A stretch of DNA of 64,000 bases from Cirrosporium novae-zelandiae (lineage: Eukaryota): positions 186,001 to 250,000 of the forward strand of contig JAPETS010000041.1 of the NCBI GenBank assembly GCA_026023565.1, in the 5' to 3' direction. The position numbers and the translations under genes are program-made. The first letter of the stretch is position 1. Every line of letters starts with the position of its first letter. Shown one piece after another: positions 36,295 through 49,239 of this stretch. The notes beneath the pieces were generated by a model, which saw only the letters and a program-made list of their open reading frames with translations, had not been told where the DNA came from and searched no databases.

Positions 36295-38492
36295 ATGAAT
36301 TCTATGCCGTACAGGCCGCCTCTCAGGCAGCCATCGAGGCAATCCTCGATTGACCCTTATAACGATTTCACAGTCCAAGTTGATCATTACATTGGAATCG
36401 ACGTTGGCACAGGCAGCGCCCGAGCTTGCATCATCAATGACAGAGGAGACATTGTTGGTTTGGCCTCGGAGAACATTGGATTATGGCAACCTCAACAGAC
36501 CTTCTATGTAAGTTGTCAATTGATATTAATACATCTTTTATCCTTTTGCGACACGACTGTGGGGTTGTGACTTAAATGTCTAAGCTGCTTACGCCGAGGG
36601 GTCGCCTTTCGGTGTAAGAAAACAATAGAACCCCTTGACGAAACGCTTACAATTAATTAATCTACTCGACTGCATGACATTCAGTGTATTTCGTCTTAAT
36701 TATGACTGTGCCTTTGAATTCCCACTTTTTGACTGAATTTTGCTGGCTTTGTCTGGACTAAGTGCTAAGATAAGAATTGTAGGAACAATCGACGAATGAT
36801 ATCTGGAGCTGCATCTGCTTATCGGTTCAGCGAGCTTTGAACCAGCACAACATTGACCCAACCACAATTAGAGGAATCGGATTTGATGCCACCTGCTCCC
36901 TCGCCGTATTCTCGCAAGACACAGATGAGCCTGTTTCCGTAACTGGGCCAAAATTTAACACCAATGATCATAATGTTATCTTGTGGTTGGACCATCGCCC
37001 AATCAAAGAGACCGAAAAAATCAATGCTACAGGCCATAACCTTCTACGCTACGTGGGAGGTAAAATGTCCATTGAAATGGAAATTCCCAAGGTCTTGTGG
37101 TTGAAGAATCATATGCCTCCTGAGCAGTTTGCTCGCTGCAAATTTTACGATTTAGCAGATGCATTGACGCATATTGCAACTGGAAGCGAGGCGCGAAGCT
37201 ATTGCAGCACCGTGTGCAAACAAGGATATGTCCCTGTTGGTGTTGACGGAAGTGTGAAGGGATGGCAAGAGGACTTCCTCACAGAAATTGGTCTTGAAGA
37301 TTTATGCGAAGATAACTTCAAGCGCATGGGAGGAGTCGACGGGGTGGTGAGCCAATTTCATTATCTACTAATTCGTAGTAATGAGCTTCGCTAACAGTTT
37401 ATCTCACAGAATGGAAGATGGCTAAGTGCTGGCGAACTGGTCGGCACCCTGAACGAAAAGGCTGCCCATCAACTGGGATTGCCTCCAGGAATTGCAGTCG
37501 GAAGCGGTGTCATTGATTGTTATGCTGGTTGGGTAGGCACCGTTGGAGCTAAGGTCAGGTTGGGAGGCAACGAACTCAGTTCGGATGTACCCAAGAACGA
37601 CATGACGCAGGCATTTACACGGTTAGCTGCTGTTGCAGGGACATCGACCTGCCACGTCGGGATGTCCGCAGATCCCGTATTCGTACCCGGAGTCTGGGGA
37701 CCTTACAACAACGTTCTAATACCTGGGATGTGGATGGCAGAAGGCGGTCAAAGTGCCACGGGTGAACTGCTGAAGTATGTGCTGGAAACTCATCCAGCAT
37801 TCCAGGAAGCAATGTCCGTTGCCGAATCATACAACACGAACATCTACGATTACTTAAATGAGCATCTTCGTGAGCTAGCAGAAAAGGCAAATGCCCCGAG
37901 CGTGTCCTGGCTCGGCCGTCATTTCTTCTTCTACGGAGATCTCTTCGGAAACAGATCCCCTATCGCTGACCCAAAAATGACGGGCTCAGTAATAGGCCTC
38001 ACGAGCGACAAGTCCATGGACGGACTCGCCCTTTACTACTACGGTACAATGGAGTTTATCGCCCTACAAACCCACCAAATTGTTGAAACGATGAACAACG
38101 CCGGTCACAACATCAAATCCATATTCATGTCTGGAAGCCAATGCCAGAACGACATCCTGATGAAGCTGATGGCCTCGGCTTGCAACATGCCAGTTCTGAT
38201 CCCACGATATGTTCACGCCGCCGTCTGTCACGGCGCAGCCATGCTTGGAGCCAAAGCCGCCAGTGCTGACAAGGAAGGAAACACAGAACCACTGTGGGAC
38301 ATCATGGATCGGATGAGTAAGCCTGGAAAGGCGGTTCAGCCCACCAAAAACCAGTACGAGATGGAGCTTCTCGCCGTCAAGTACAAGGTGTTCCTTGAGC
38401 AGTGTAATTCCCAGAAACGTTATCGGGATACCGTTGACGAGGTTATCAGCAAGTGGATCAAGAATGAAGGAAATGAAGGAGAAAAGGAATAG
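36295..38492 (+). CDS. FGGY-family pentulose kinase (D-ribulokinase, YDR109C-like)
   Basis: Introns 36508-36782 and 37347-37409; IGIDVGTGSARA, GIGFDATCSL, ILWLDHR, EMEIPK, AGTSTCH, GNRSP. Confidence 0.95.
36548..36654 (+). ncRNA. Candidate structured intronic RNA (H/ACA-like hairpin or splicing element)
   Basis: 14-bp stem 36588-36601/36605-36618 with three G-U pairs; outer GGGGTT/AACCCC helix; ACA at 36649-36651. Confidence 0.35.
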
Positions 38493-39375
38493 ATATGACT
38501 TTCTTTTTGTGTGATGATTTGACTTGGCCGGTGAATGGTTGAAGGAAGGGGGCCTAGACATTTGGATGTGGTTGCAAAAAGAAAAAGAGCTTCGTGTCTA
38601 TGTTTGTGGATCTATCTGTATTAGAACCAGCTGATGTAGAATTCCCGGGAATATGAATATTTCGTGGATAAAAAATAAACTTGGCCCTGGCCAGTAAAGT
38701 AAACGGCGGTTGGTTTTTGGAGTTTTTGCCCATAGTTTAATAGTCTATTCTGTCTGCTAATTTACTATAAACGGCATTCCCTTCCCAAGTGTATTCATGT
38801 CGAATCACCCAACACTATCAAGTATCCAGAATCAGCCGAATGAGGCACTTTATAGAAGCATAGATAAATAATGACCACATCATGTTTTGTTCGCTGGCTC
38901 CCGGTGAAAGAAGAACCAATCAAGCAGGAACAGGACAGTGCCATTTCAACTACCTACATAATATTTATAAGACTAACAGCTCCCTGATTTTCCGTTCCAA
39001 AATCGTACATATTATATAATCATTTGTTTGTTTGATGAATGATTGATTGATTTATTATTGGGTATCTCTCACTCTCTCTCTCTCACTCTCTGTGCAAAAA
39101 ATCTTTTCCTCTCTTTCCAGGAATATTCGGCTGATTTTTTTGCTACCATATAGAGTCTTTCTTAGAAAGGCAACAATCCTAATACCGTATATAATATACA
39201 GAGAGAGCAAAATGTCTCTGCTTCTTTTTCCAAAAATGCCTAGCCGCAAAATGGTTCCATCCCGTTGACAACCGCCAAAAGATGCCTGCCTGTTGAACTC
39301 ATTTATCCAAATGCGCCTTTGCTGAATAGACCTCTGCGCCAGTTCTTTATTTTTTTGATACAGCAGCTGATTTTT

Positions 39376-40794
39376 TCAAGCTTCCTCGTTTCCTTTATCG
39401 GATGCTTTCTCGTCATCATTTTCATCTCCAGCCGTAGCATCTGCATCCGTGGGTTCAGGGTCCCCAACCCGTAGGTGGAGATAGTCGATCTTATCCTCTT
39501 CCTCCTCTGGTCGGTGGAAAGCGACGCCCATAAACGCCATACTCTTTGATCGGCGCGGTCTAAGCTGAATTCTTTGGATGATGGGATAATAGTATGCTGC
39601 CTTTTGAAGAGAGTCACCGTCTTCTGCGATATCATGGAGTGCAATGGCAACTTCACGATATCTATCTTCTCTACTTGCTTTTTGTAGACCTGTTTCGTAG
39701 TGACGAAGATGAGCAAACCGAAAGCTTTTCTCGACCGTTTCGGGGTCCGTATAGGTGTACAATTCAGGGTTATCGTAATCGGGATCCCTGGTATTTGCCT
39801 TGCGCAAGAAGTTCTTTGCCGTCTGCTCATCCTCAGCGACGAAAAAGTCGTAGTCTTGAGCTGGCGGTTGAGGAGCAGGAACCGTATCAGGATTGGCCTC
39901 ATGCGCAGCTTGTGCGGCGTGCAGAGCAGCCCTAACCTCATCTGGGAGTTCTTTCGGATGAAGAATTCCTGCATCTAAGCGGCTGTCATGTTTTTCACCA
40001 TCGGTAGGGGCCTTGGAAAATTTATGGATAATATAACCCCCATTTGGGGGGAGGGCTTCTGAGTCCGGCAGAACTGGGTAAATATCAAGGACTTTTAGGT
40101 TCGGATTGGTAGGATGAACAGGTTTCTTCCATGCCTGAATCTCGTCAGGAGTTGGTTTTGAGCCTCGAATATTCTCCCCGCTGTCTTCTCCTCTAAACGC
40201 TTCATCTGGATATGCAATATCGAAACCTTTGATGACATCTCTAAGAATGATCATGGGATCTTGCTTGTTTTCAGGTCTGGCAGTCGCGCGAGCATTGGCA
40301 CTAGCTTTGGCCCAATTCCTTTGTCCTACTCTCGATCGCGTGCTTTCGGCAGAGATGTATTCAGTGCGCCGTAAGAAACTGACCGGTGTAGACTTCGCGC
40401 TCGGCTTCCCTAGTGATGCTATAGGACGTAACAAAGCGGCATCGCGAGGATCAACAGGAGGTGGGACATCAGGTGCTTGAATCGCTAATCACAAAAAACC
40501 ATTAATATGAAGTAAAACGCCATGGCTAGCTTCGAGCAACTCACACTTTTCATCTCCATCAAAGATACCTGGCATACCGATTAGGTCTATGGGCATCCCC
40601 ATAAAGGCATCGGCTTCAATATTCAATGGTTGCTCACGGACCATTCTTGAGGCATAGCCAGCAGAGAGATAGTGTTCCAATCCCTCGCTGGGGATCTCCA
40701 GGAGCTTTGGAGCTCCAGGTGGAGGAGGTAATTTGTTTTCATATCGAACTCGAGCAATGTAGTCTTGCCTATGATGGGCGCTGGAGCTCGACAT
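39376..40794 (-). CDS. PAF1: RNA polymerase II-associated factor Paf1, 452 aa
   Basis: Intron 40485-40544; RQDYIARVRYENKLPPPP..PKLL, GMPIDL, VSFLRRTEYIS, acidic C-terminus. Confidence 0.95.
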
Positions 40795-41614
40795 GGTGCG
40801 GAAAGGCAAACTTCGCGAATGAGATTCAGAACTGATGGGAGGAGCAGCTTCTGCTAGAGATTGGTTCGAATCGGGGGATTTAGGTGAATGAGATTCTTGA
40901 TTTGTTTCTGTACATGTCAGATGAATCCCAAAGGTCATAAAATCAAGTAACTCACCCTTTGAAGGCTCTGTCAAGATGTCAAACCAATGTTAGATCTCCT
41001 CTGCAAGCCAAAGTTAGCGGCGCGAAATATCCTTTAGTGAAGCTCAAGAGAATTAGTTCACGAACCACGAGAAGGTCCAGACGGGTGAGGCTGGTCATCC
41101 ATGTCAAAATCGCTTATATTGCTTCTTATGGCATTAGCGTGGTTGAATGTCGGTGTTCTTGGGATTATGAGACCGATTTGGGAGGGGGGGGGGTGGGAAG
41201 GCATTATTTCCACACATCATGCACATCACGTGATAGCATATATTATGCATTCGCTGCCAGTTACTACTACATAAAACCATAGAGAAAAGCAATGGAAAAA
41301 GTTCTACTTTTAGTGCCTTCATATTTTTGGAATCTCAACAAGAAGGATTGCATCAAAAGTAAAGTCGTAACTGTTTCTTTTCATTCCAGATTTCACTGCC
41401 TATGGTTCAGACAAGCCAGCTACGATGACTGATAAAAGAGACCTAGCAGGAATTGCTATCCTTTTGCGTGTGCTTGCCGTAGTTTATCCTCAACTATTTC
41501 AATAGCTGTAGCCATAGTATATCCACCACGGAAATGCTCCCCACACGCATGTTGTAATACACACATTCCTCCACATCCAACCCCACAGCTTTCTTCCACC
41601 AGTACCAAAATTCT

Positions 41615-42276
41615 TCAACGATAAGACTTTTGGTAACGGGCACGCGCACCTGGTCCACCGAATTTCTTTGGTTCACATCTTCTGTTATCGGCTACGAGCA
41701 ATGTTCGGTCATATTGGACAAGAGCTTGCTTGAGCTGGTTTTTCGAGTGCTCATCGACAAATTTTTGGTAGTAGGCGACGATGCTCTTGGCAATAGCTTG
41801 TCGAATAGCATAGACTTGGGAGACATGACCACCTCCAGAAACACGGACACGGATGTCGACACCGGCGAATTTATCGAGACCGAGGATTAGGAGGGGTTCG
41901 TATACCTATAGCATGATAGTGAGTTGCCGCTGCTTTCGAGGAGAGAAATATTTGTAGCAATGTCATATCACCGAAGTTTGTCTTGGGATAATATGACCAG
42001 CGTTTGTTTATAGACGTACTTTGAATCGGAGGACTTCAGGTTGAACAAGGTTAAGAGGCTTGCCATTCACTTTGATGAGGCCTTTTCCTGTCTTTGCAAG
42101 ATATCAGCGTCTTCTGATTTGTATCCATCTTGAATATTTAGAGGCGAACCTTGCAGTGGGCGACAGCGGTGGCTACCAACAACATCAGTCAATTTTATTC
42201 CACTGCTTTGAGGAATCGCTCGAAACTTACCGGTCTTCTTTTTGCCAAAGCACTGGACACTCTGCGAGGAAGCCAT
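41615..42276 (-). CDS. RPS16: 40S ribosomal protein S16 (uS9), 143 aa
   Basis: Exons 42276-42231, 42172-42150, 42091-42020, 41905-41615; [16 protein letters not shown]...[19 protein letters not shown]. Confidence 0.98.
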
Positions 42277-43070
42277 AATGACAATGTGTGAGGCTTAAAT
42301 GCGCAGGTGGTAGATTTTCTGTCGTAGGTCAATGAGGTGTCGTCGGCGGTTGAAGGTCAATCTGGAATTGAAGCTTTTTTTTGGAGTTGTGGGTTAGAGG
42401 GTAGCCGAGATCATGTGATTTGGTGAATTAGATTTGAACAATCTCCTAGGCCATCCGATTCGCATTGAGGCTACTTGGTATACATACTCAAATGATCAAC
42501 TCAAAAGACTGATGAGAATATCGAAGCAAATACATTCTTGGATACTGATGAATCCCCATTTCAGCCATATTGATTATTATGAGACCTGGGATATACACCC
42601 TTGTTTGGTGTGGTCTCCATCGCCTCTCATCATGATTTGAAGCAATGCGATGGACCACCTATCGCTAACATACTCGGCTACTCTCAATAGGACATGCAGT
42701 GTGAAAAACTCCCAGAATCTGTCTTGTTGAAATGACTTTAATATAGAATAGGACATCCTAAGCTGCTATATGGGGGAATTTTGTACAATTTTGCCATGTT
42801 CAATTTATTCTACTTGGTATGGTAAAAATTTGCTGTGTTTTGATCTAATATTTATCTATAGGTTCAATATTTCTCATAAAGCACAGATTCTTAGTCCTTA
42901 AAGGAGGGAAGCCTTCAGTTTACATATCATTCTCATATTTCTATATTTTCTCTTCTATCTCGATCTATAATTCTTACTGTTTCCGCTTTGCTTCCAATTT
43001 CTTCTATTTATTATGACAAGCAATTCTTCAATAGTCAACATACACTATTGTAACATATCAAAGTTATAAC

Positions 43071-43400
43071 AAAGTCTCCCCCATTGTCCAATAGAACTCA
43101 ACACCTATAGCTACATCCCTTGGCTGGAACGCCTTCGCTCTCACCATCATAGCCTTCTGCTTTCTCTTAAACATATTTTTTGCTATCGGCTATCGAATGT
43201 GAAGCTACATTATCGCCCTCACCCTTGGTAGCCTCTGCAAGGCATTCGGCGACATTGGTCCCCTAATAATGCACAAAATGTGCTCAACCATACAGTTTCA
43301 AAATTCGGATTATTTACCTGATCGCCGTGCCTGCGCTCACCCTCTTGGGGATTTATCTGAACCTCATACATCATGTAATTATTTTTGGAAAGGAGTAATC
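43071..43400 (+). pseudogene. RTA1/RSB1-family membrane protein relic (5' part only)
   Basis: KVSPHCPIELNTYSYIP / LGWNAF..GYRM*SYIIALTLG..FGDIG.LIMH / FKIRIIYLIAVPA..GIYLNL.H.VIIFGKE*S; stops at 43200 and 43396, plus frameshifts. Confidence 0.75.
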
Positions 43401-43605
43401 CCCCTGGACAAAACTCGAAGATAACATCGCATAATATCCTACTAGTTGATAGCCAGCTTCGTTTGACTCTTTAATTTCTCCTTAGTAAATACGCCACTTT
43501 CTCAGACCCACTTTAGAGCTATTAAGTAATATTTAGCATACATAGAAATCTTATTACGCTGCGCTATGAAACAAGGTCTAAAGTCAAGGATGACTGCGAA
43601 CTTTT

Positions 43606-45261
43606 TCAGGGGTTGCCCCAGGTCTGGCCCATCCAATCCGGCTCCGCATGCACTGCAGTTGCACACCAGGGAAGTTCATGTTGCTTATAAGGAACCAGCG
43701 GTAAGTCGTAAGGCATTCTGAGGCCAATAATTTTGCTCACAGGCGTCTTCTCATCCCATTGTCTGACTTCCTTTGATGCCCTTGACAAATCTGCCGCGTG
43801 CTCTCCTGTAGGCCGTGAGGGTTCATTAGGCATCAAGACAGACGGCATATCCGTTTTGAAAACAGGAACCATTTCCACGGCGTTGCTCTGACTTTCTTTT
43901 AATAGGTCTGGCCAAACCAGCACGCCGATCTCCCAGCTGCAGATGCGTACCTCTCTGGATGCGTTGACGGCAGCACCCCATGCCTGGGTGGATAGGTTTG
44001 CAGAGGTTACCATGGCCCAGTCGATTTCACTCATCGAGTGATCGGTGAAGCGGATATATGTTTTGATATGCGGCGCCGCTCTTCGTCTGCCTGCTTCACG
44101 TACCGTGCCTTTCTCTACTTCCCTACCTTCTTTATCCCCCGCCCAGTGGCACATCATTGGCCGGAGATAATCTAGCTGTCTTTTCTGAGGTGGACTTTGG
44201 ATTTTCGTGTGGATCGAGCCTCCGGAAATATAGCCGTCGAGCGATCTTCGGATCTCATCTGCAGTGGGGAAGATAATCGAGAGTTCTGGTTTCGCACCGT
44301 CTGTGATTCCTTCGGTGGTAGATAAGGTGCTGAGGAATGTGTCTTTAAGCCATTTGTTGGTTTGGCCTAAGGTTGCTATAGATGAAATCTGTGCGACTAT
44401 TTGCGGGTTGGCCTCGCTTTTCCCCTTCGCCGGTACGTGTTTTAGGATGTTTTGTAGACCTGGCCATCCCCATAAGGTTTCTTCTGTAGGGTCGATGCTT
44501 TGGAGGTTCTGCCTACTTGGGGTAGACGCTACAAGTGCTGCTCGTACTTGACTGAAATCGAACTTCCTTAATTGGTTGGCTAGAGGTCCAGTCCTCTTTT
44601 GACCGTAAACTCGAAGGTACGCTAGGAGATCCCTCTTGAACCGTGCACCTGAGCCAATTAATGATGAAGGCTCAGGGTGATCTATACTTGAGAGAGGAAG
44701 AAGAGGCGATCTCCAGACTGCTTGGGTCATATTCGTCCAGTCTTGGGATATCATATTGGCCGTATGTATGACAACCTGGGCGCAATCGTCATGTCGTAGG
44801 AGGATCATCATTTTCGAGTGATGTGTACCAAAAGGCTCAGGCATATAGGCTTGAATTGCTTGAATATTTTTGTATCGGGTGCAGGCTTCGTCGATACGAA
44901 TTTTATTGCCATCCTCTCTTTTCCAGGACCCATGGACAATTCGAACCTGGACAAGGTCTCGAGTGTCCTCATCAAAGTGTTTCATCAGGAAATCAACATC
45001 GAAGAGGAAATTGAATTGCCAGCATTCTTTGATGAGGGGATCCCCCAGAATATCTTTTAGGTTCACCGTGTCGAGGTTACATGATGCTGGCAGGTCACGA
45101 ATTTTGGTGAGTTGAATTGGAGATGAAAGTAGCTGTACTGTTTCTGCTGTCTTTCTCTTGCTCAATCCCCTATCAGTTAGAGCGTCTGCTTCTAGAGATC
45201 TTTTTCTCTTTCTAGGGGGGCTTATTGTATGGTTTAGAGACATGAGGGTGTTCTCAAGCAT
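43606..45261 (-). CDS. TDP1: Tyrosyl-DNA phosphodiesterase 1 (intronless)
   Basis: Two HxK motifs (FGTHHSKMM, APHIKTY), TSANLSTQAWG, SWEIGV. Confidence 0.96.
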   Translation of the reverse strand: MLENTLMSLNHTISPPRKRKRSLEADALTDRGLSKRKTAETVQLLSSPIQLTKIRDLPASCNLDTVNLKDILGDPLIKECWQFNFLFDVDFLMKHFDEDTRDLVQVRIVHGSWKREDGNKIRIDEACTRYKNIQAIQAYMPEPFGTHHSKMMILLRHDDCAQVVIHTANMISQDWTNMTQAVWRSPLLPLSSIDHPEPSSLIGSGARFKRDLLAYLRVYGQKRTGPLANQLRKFDFSQVRAALVASTPSRQNLQSIDPTEETLWGWPGLQNILKHVPAKGKSEANPQIVAQISSIATLGQTNKWLKDTFLSTLSTTEGITDGAKPELSIIFPTADEIRRSLDGYISGGSIHTKIQSPPQKRQLDYLRPMMCHWAGDKEGREVEKGTVREAGRRRAAPHIKTYIRFTDHSMSEIDWAMVTSANLSTQAWGAAVNASREVRICSWEIGVLVWPDLLKESQSNAVEMVPVFKTDMPSVLMPNEPSRPTGEHAADLSRASKEVRQWDEKTPVSKIIGLRMPYDLPLVPYKQHELPWCATAVHAEPDWMGQTWGNP

Positions 45262-45887
45262 TAGATGTGGGCTTGTTTGAAAAGAAGCAGGAATAGGTTC
45301 AACGTCTTTGAATTCCTCTGAGAAAAGCCTTTTGCTGGTGGCCGGTTAAGGTTGTTGTATCCAGTCACGAAAGTTAGAGGCGCCCCCGATAAATATTAGA
45401 GGAATGTGAAGAACTAAAGTGAAGTTCCTATTAGCAAGTCATAATACTTTTGTATTCACTTCCTTTAATTTCAAAATACATTAAGACTTTTGTCAAAGTG
45501 ACATCTAAGATAACCTAGATTATGAATAGAAACTCACTTGGATCAATTGTTAGGTGTTATCTACTGTACCATAATAACGCTGTAAAATTAAGATGCAGTC
45601 TACAAAATTTACATAAATTTTCAACATTGAGGTTAGAATCCCCCGCAACGCCCTGCCATCCAACCCCTGGAACAAAATTACAGTTGCAAAACGGGTTGTA
45701 AAACCCCAATCTGATGATATAAAATTAGAGGGAAAATAGTGCACAATCGTCATATTTCTAGTGTAGTGCCATAATTCATTTAGAATCATTGAGGTAACAT
45801 ATTCGATCATGTTGCTATTGACAATTCCGTCATCCATAGCCCGTAACTGCCATGTAAAATCTAAGAGATGCAGCTTTATCGTCTTGT

Positions 45888-46370
45888 TTATTTCTTGACC
45901 TGGACACCCTCACCATTCTCATCCCAGCCATACTTTTCCTTGAGCTTGTCGACAAGTTCGATGTATTGCTCCATGGCTTGGTCTTTCGTAGTGCCTGCCT
46001 CGACCACCTCCTTCCATGCGTTGTATTTGCCCTTCTCCTATATGAACGAAATGTATGGTCAGAAAGGAGGTATGACCACCACCGGCGACACATGCTTTGT
46101 CGATCAACCTCGGAGGACTTGGGGAATATCTTACCCAGAGTTGCATCAAACCTGGCTTAGGGGTGTTCTCAAACCCTTCAGTACCTAGAGTGGCCTGCTT
46201 ATACAAAGCATAGAGCTAGAGAAGAAGCGCGGTTAATTCATACATCTTTATAAGTCAAACATGAAGTGCTGTTAACTTGCCTTGGACATCTCGGTGTAAG
46301 GGTCTGGCTTCGACTTCAACTTCTTCACATCATCGGCCGATTTCTCGAATCGCGCTTGAAGAGTAGCCAT
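45888..46370 (-). CDS. ACB1: Acyl-CoA-binding protein, 106 aa
   Basis: Exons 46370-46281, 46215-46135, 46037-45888 (first intron GC-AG); LYALYKQAT, KPG, KGKYNAW, AMEQYIELV. Confidence 0.92.
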
Positions 46371-47075
46371 ATTGATGTATTCTTTTCTAGGGAGGTTCGT
46401 TTTTGAAAGATATCCTCTTAGGTGTATTTGTCGAAATAAAAAAAGGGAAAAATCTTGATACCTTGGTTTTGGGTTATAATGTCAGACTGGGGCAATGAGG
46501 ATTATTAGAAGAACTGCACGTCACTAAAACCCCAGAAAACCGGTGGGGGTTTGGAAGGGCGGTTAGTTGGTTGAGTTAGTTGATCAAGCGTTGGGTTATT
46601 TTCCCCTGCCTCGGTAGGCTGATGATGTGATGTCAGCACTTTTCAGCAATCAAAAGGTTGAGAGGAGGAGATTAAATTCCCCGGGCCGATATTTTACCCT
46701 CCCGTGCCTTGTGGACCCTGAAGGCTTAAGCCTCTGAAGCCTCAAGGGAAGGCAAGGGAAGGGGGGGGACACGGGGGGCATGGGGGGGTCAAAGGGTCAA
46801 AGAGTCAATGGCTCAAGGCTGAGAGCGGCCAAGGTGACCCCCGAATTGCCGAGTTCTGCAGCATCCATAGAATGTTCTGGCGTTTCCTTCAATAATAATG
46901 ATTACAATCTCTTTGACGTTCCTTGAACATTCACATTTATAATATGTAATAAGCCTGAGGCAAAACTCTTGATTTTCTGCCTTGTTGGTCTATTTATGTC
47001 CAAGAACAATTTCGAGAGCTTGAGGTGTTGGAGGGGCCATTAACCCCACGCTAGAAAAGTACACCTCTCGCCAAT

Positions 47076-48091
47076 ATGTCGACAGCAACCGAGCTCAAAG
47101 AGCAAGGTAATGAGTGAGAAGGCACCATATTGATATCATTTTTTTTTTTCTTTAGAAGAAAAACTGACTCCCGTGCTCCAGGCGATTCAGAGCAGGCGAC
47201 TACAAGGGGGCCGAGAAATACTATTCCCTGGCGTAAGTTGTTGCCACTCTATCCCCGAACAACACATGAGAACAAAATCCCATTGTCTGGGACAAACAAA
47301 CGCATTATTCTAACTCTTCCCTTCCCTCTCCTAGCATCCAAAAGAACTCCTCAAATGACAAATTCTTCACCAACCGCGCCTTCACCAGGGTCAAACTGCA
47401 AGCATGGGAGGGCTGCATGGACGACTGCATAAAGGCAATCGACCTCAACCAATCGTCGCTGAAAGCATACTTCTACCTAGCCCAAGCGCAGTTGGGCCTG
47501 CACCGACCAAATGAAGCCCTCTCGTCAGCGATGCGAGCGTACGAGCTCAGCCTCGCACAGCACGATTCCAGCATGGGTAACGTGGTGCAAATAGTGCTGG
47601 AAGCCAAAAAACAGAAATGGGAGTCCCGCGAACGGGACCGGATACGGCGACAGAACGCTATGCTGAGAGAACTCTCCGAGGGCCTCGAAACTATCCGCGC
47701 CACCCACATCGCAGAAACCCACCGCCGCCACGCCCTAGGCGAACTGAGCCCTCTCGAAACCTCCGAAGAGCTAACCGAGATCGACGAAATCACACGCCAG
47801 AAGATCGAGGAGCTGGAGCACGTCTTCGCGATCGCGAGCCCCGATCTAGAAAAACGCGAGGTGCCGGATTGGATGATCGATGATATTTCTTTTCAGGTGA
47901 TGCTGGATCCTGTCATCACCAAGACGGGCCACTCGTACGAGCGTGCCACGCTTCTCGAGCATCTGCGTCGCTCCCACACAGACCCGCTTACCAGGGAACC
48001 CCTCACCGAGGCAGAACTGCGACCTAACCTCGCCCTGCGAAGCGCCTGCGAAGAATTTCTCGAGAAGAATGGATGGGCCGTGGATTATTGA
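47076..48091 (+). CDS. TPR + U-box E3 ubiquitin ligase (CHIP/STUB1-like)
   Basis: Introns 47114-47181 and 47233-47334; ELKEQGNERF, FTNRA, U-box VPDWMIDDISFQVMLDPV...DPLTREPL..LRPNLAL, ends GWAVDY. Confidence 0.93.
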
Positions 48092-48099
48092 ATGCTGGG

Positions 48100-48283
48100 C
48101 GCGGGGAGCGGGGGGGGGGGGGGGGGGGGGAGATTACCTTAAAGAAGAATAAATGAAGGGAATGTGCATTGTCCATGATATCGAAGTGTAGCAGCATCAT
48201 ATAAGCATAGCGTCGGCGTACAGGGGGGGACAGAAACACAAGCAGGGAAACAAATAACAACGGGCAACGGTAACGGGGAACAG

Positions 48284-48319
<36 letters not shown>

Positions 48320-48552
48320 TTCCCCCTTTCTCTACGGTTTTTTTTGGCTTTGGCTTGAGGGGTCGGGGGGGTCCGGGGGGAAAGGAAGGAAAAGGGGTGG
48401 GGAGGTCCATTGCTATATTATTGCGATATTCTCTTTTTTTTTTTTTAAAGAAAATAAGATAATGAAATGAAAGAAAATCAAAGTTAATTATTTATTTCCA
48501 GTGCCCCCTAAATACTGAATACAGACGGAATTTATTCATCTGAGTTAATCTT

Positions 48553-48590
<38 letters not shown>

Positions 48591-49110
48591 CTCTCTTCTC
48601 CCTCTTATCCTTTTCCTTCCGGTTTTCTCTATCCATCCTAAATAGATACCCAAATACCAAACAAATACTAGACACCTTAGATATAGGTACAGTAGAAGAA
48701 AAGAAAGAAAGAAAGAAAAAAAGAAAGAAGGGAATAAACAAACAAACAAGGAAAGTAAGTAAGAGGAAGTGGAAGAGGAAGTGGAAGGGTATGGGGGGTG
48801 CGGTAGAGTGTAGAGAGTCAAAGAGAGAGAGAGAGAGCATAGGTGTGTATATATATGAGTGAAAGATTCGAAGCCAAGTGAAAAAAAAAACGAAAATATA
48901 TATCTATAGCAAGAAAGGGAGGGTAGGTAGGGGAAGAAAGGAGGTTGTTGACCACAATATAATACAATACATGAGTGTCCCAAATTTTCTTTACTAATTT
49001 CCTATTCTTTCTTTCTTTTTTTCTGGGAAAGGAAAGGAAAGGAAAAAGAGCTTTCTTTAAAATTTAAATGGAATGGGATTGAATATTTTATTTATTTATT
49101 TATTGAAAAA
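48100..49110. repeat. Microsatellite and homopolymer cluster (poly-G, (CA)n near 48287-48314, (CT)n near 48557-48585, (GAAA)n, (GGAAA)n, (TTTA)n)
   Basis: Direct reading. Confidence 0.85.
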
Positions 49111-49239
49111 GGTGATTTTATTTGAAAGACCATCCCTAATATCATTTTTCTGGTTTCTAATTTGGGTTGGGTAAATAGATAGTGAAGGAAACCAACTTTT
49201 GTGTATGAGTCCCTACTACTTATTTAAGACAATCCTATC

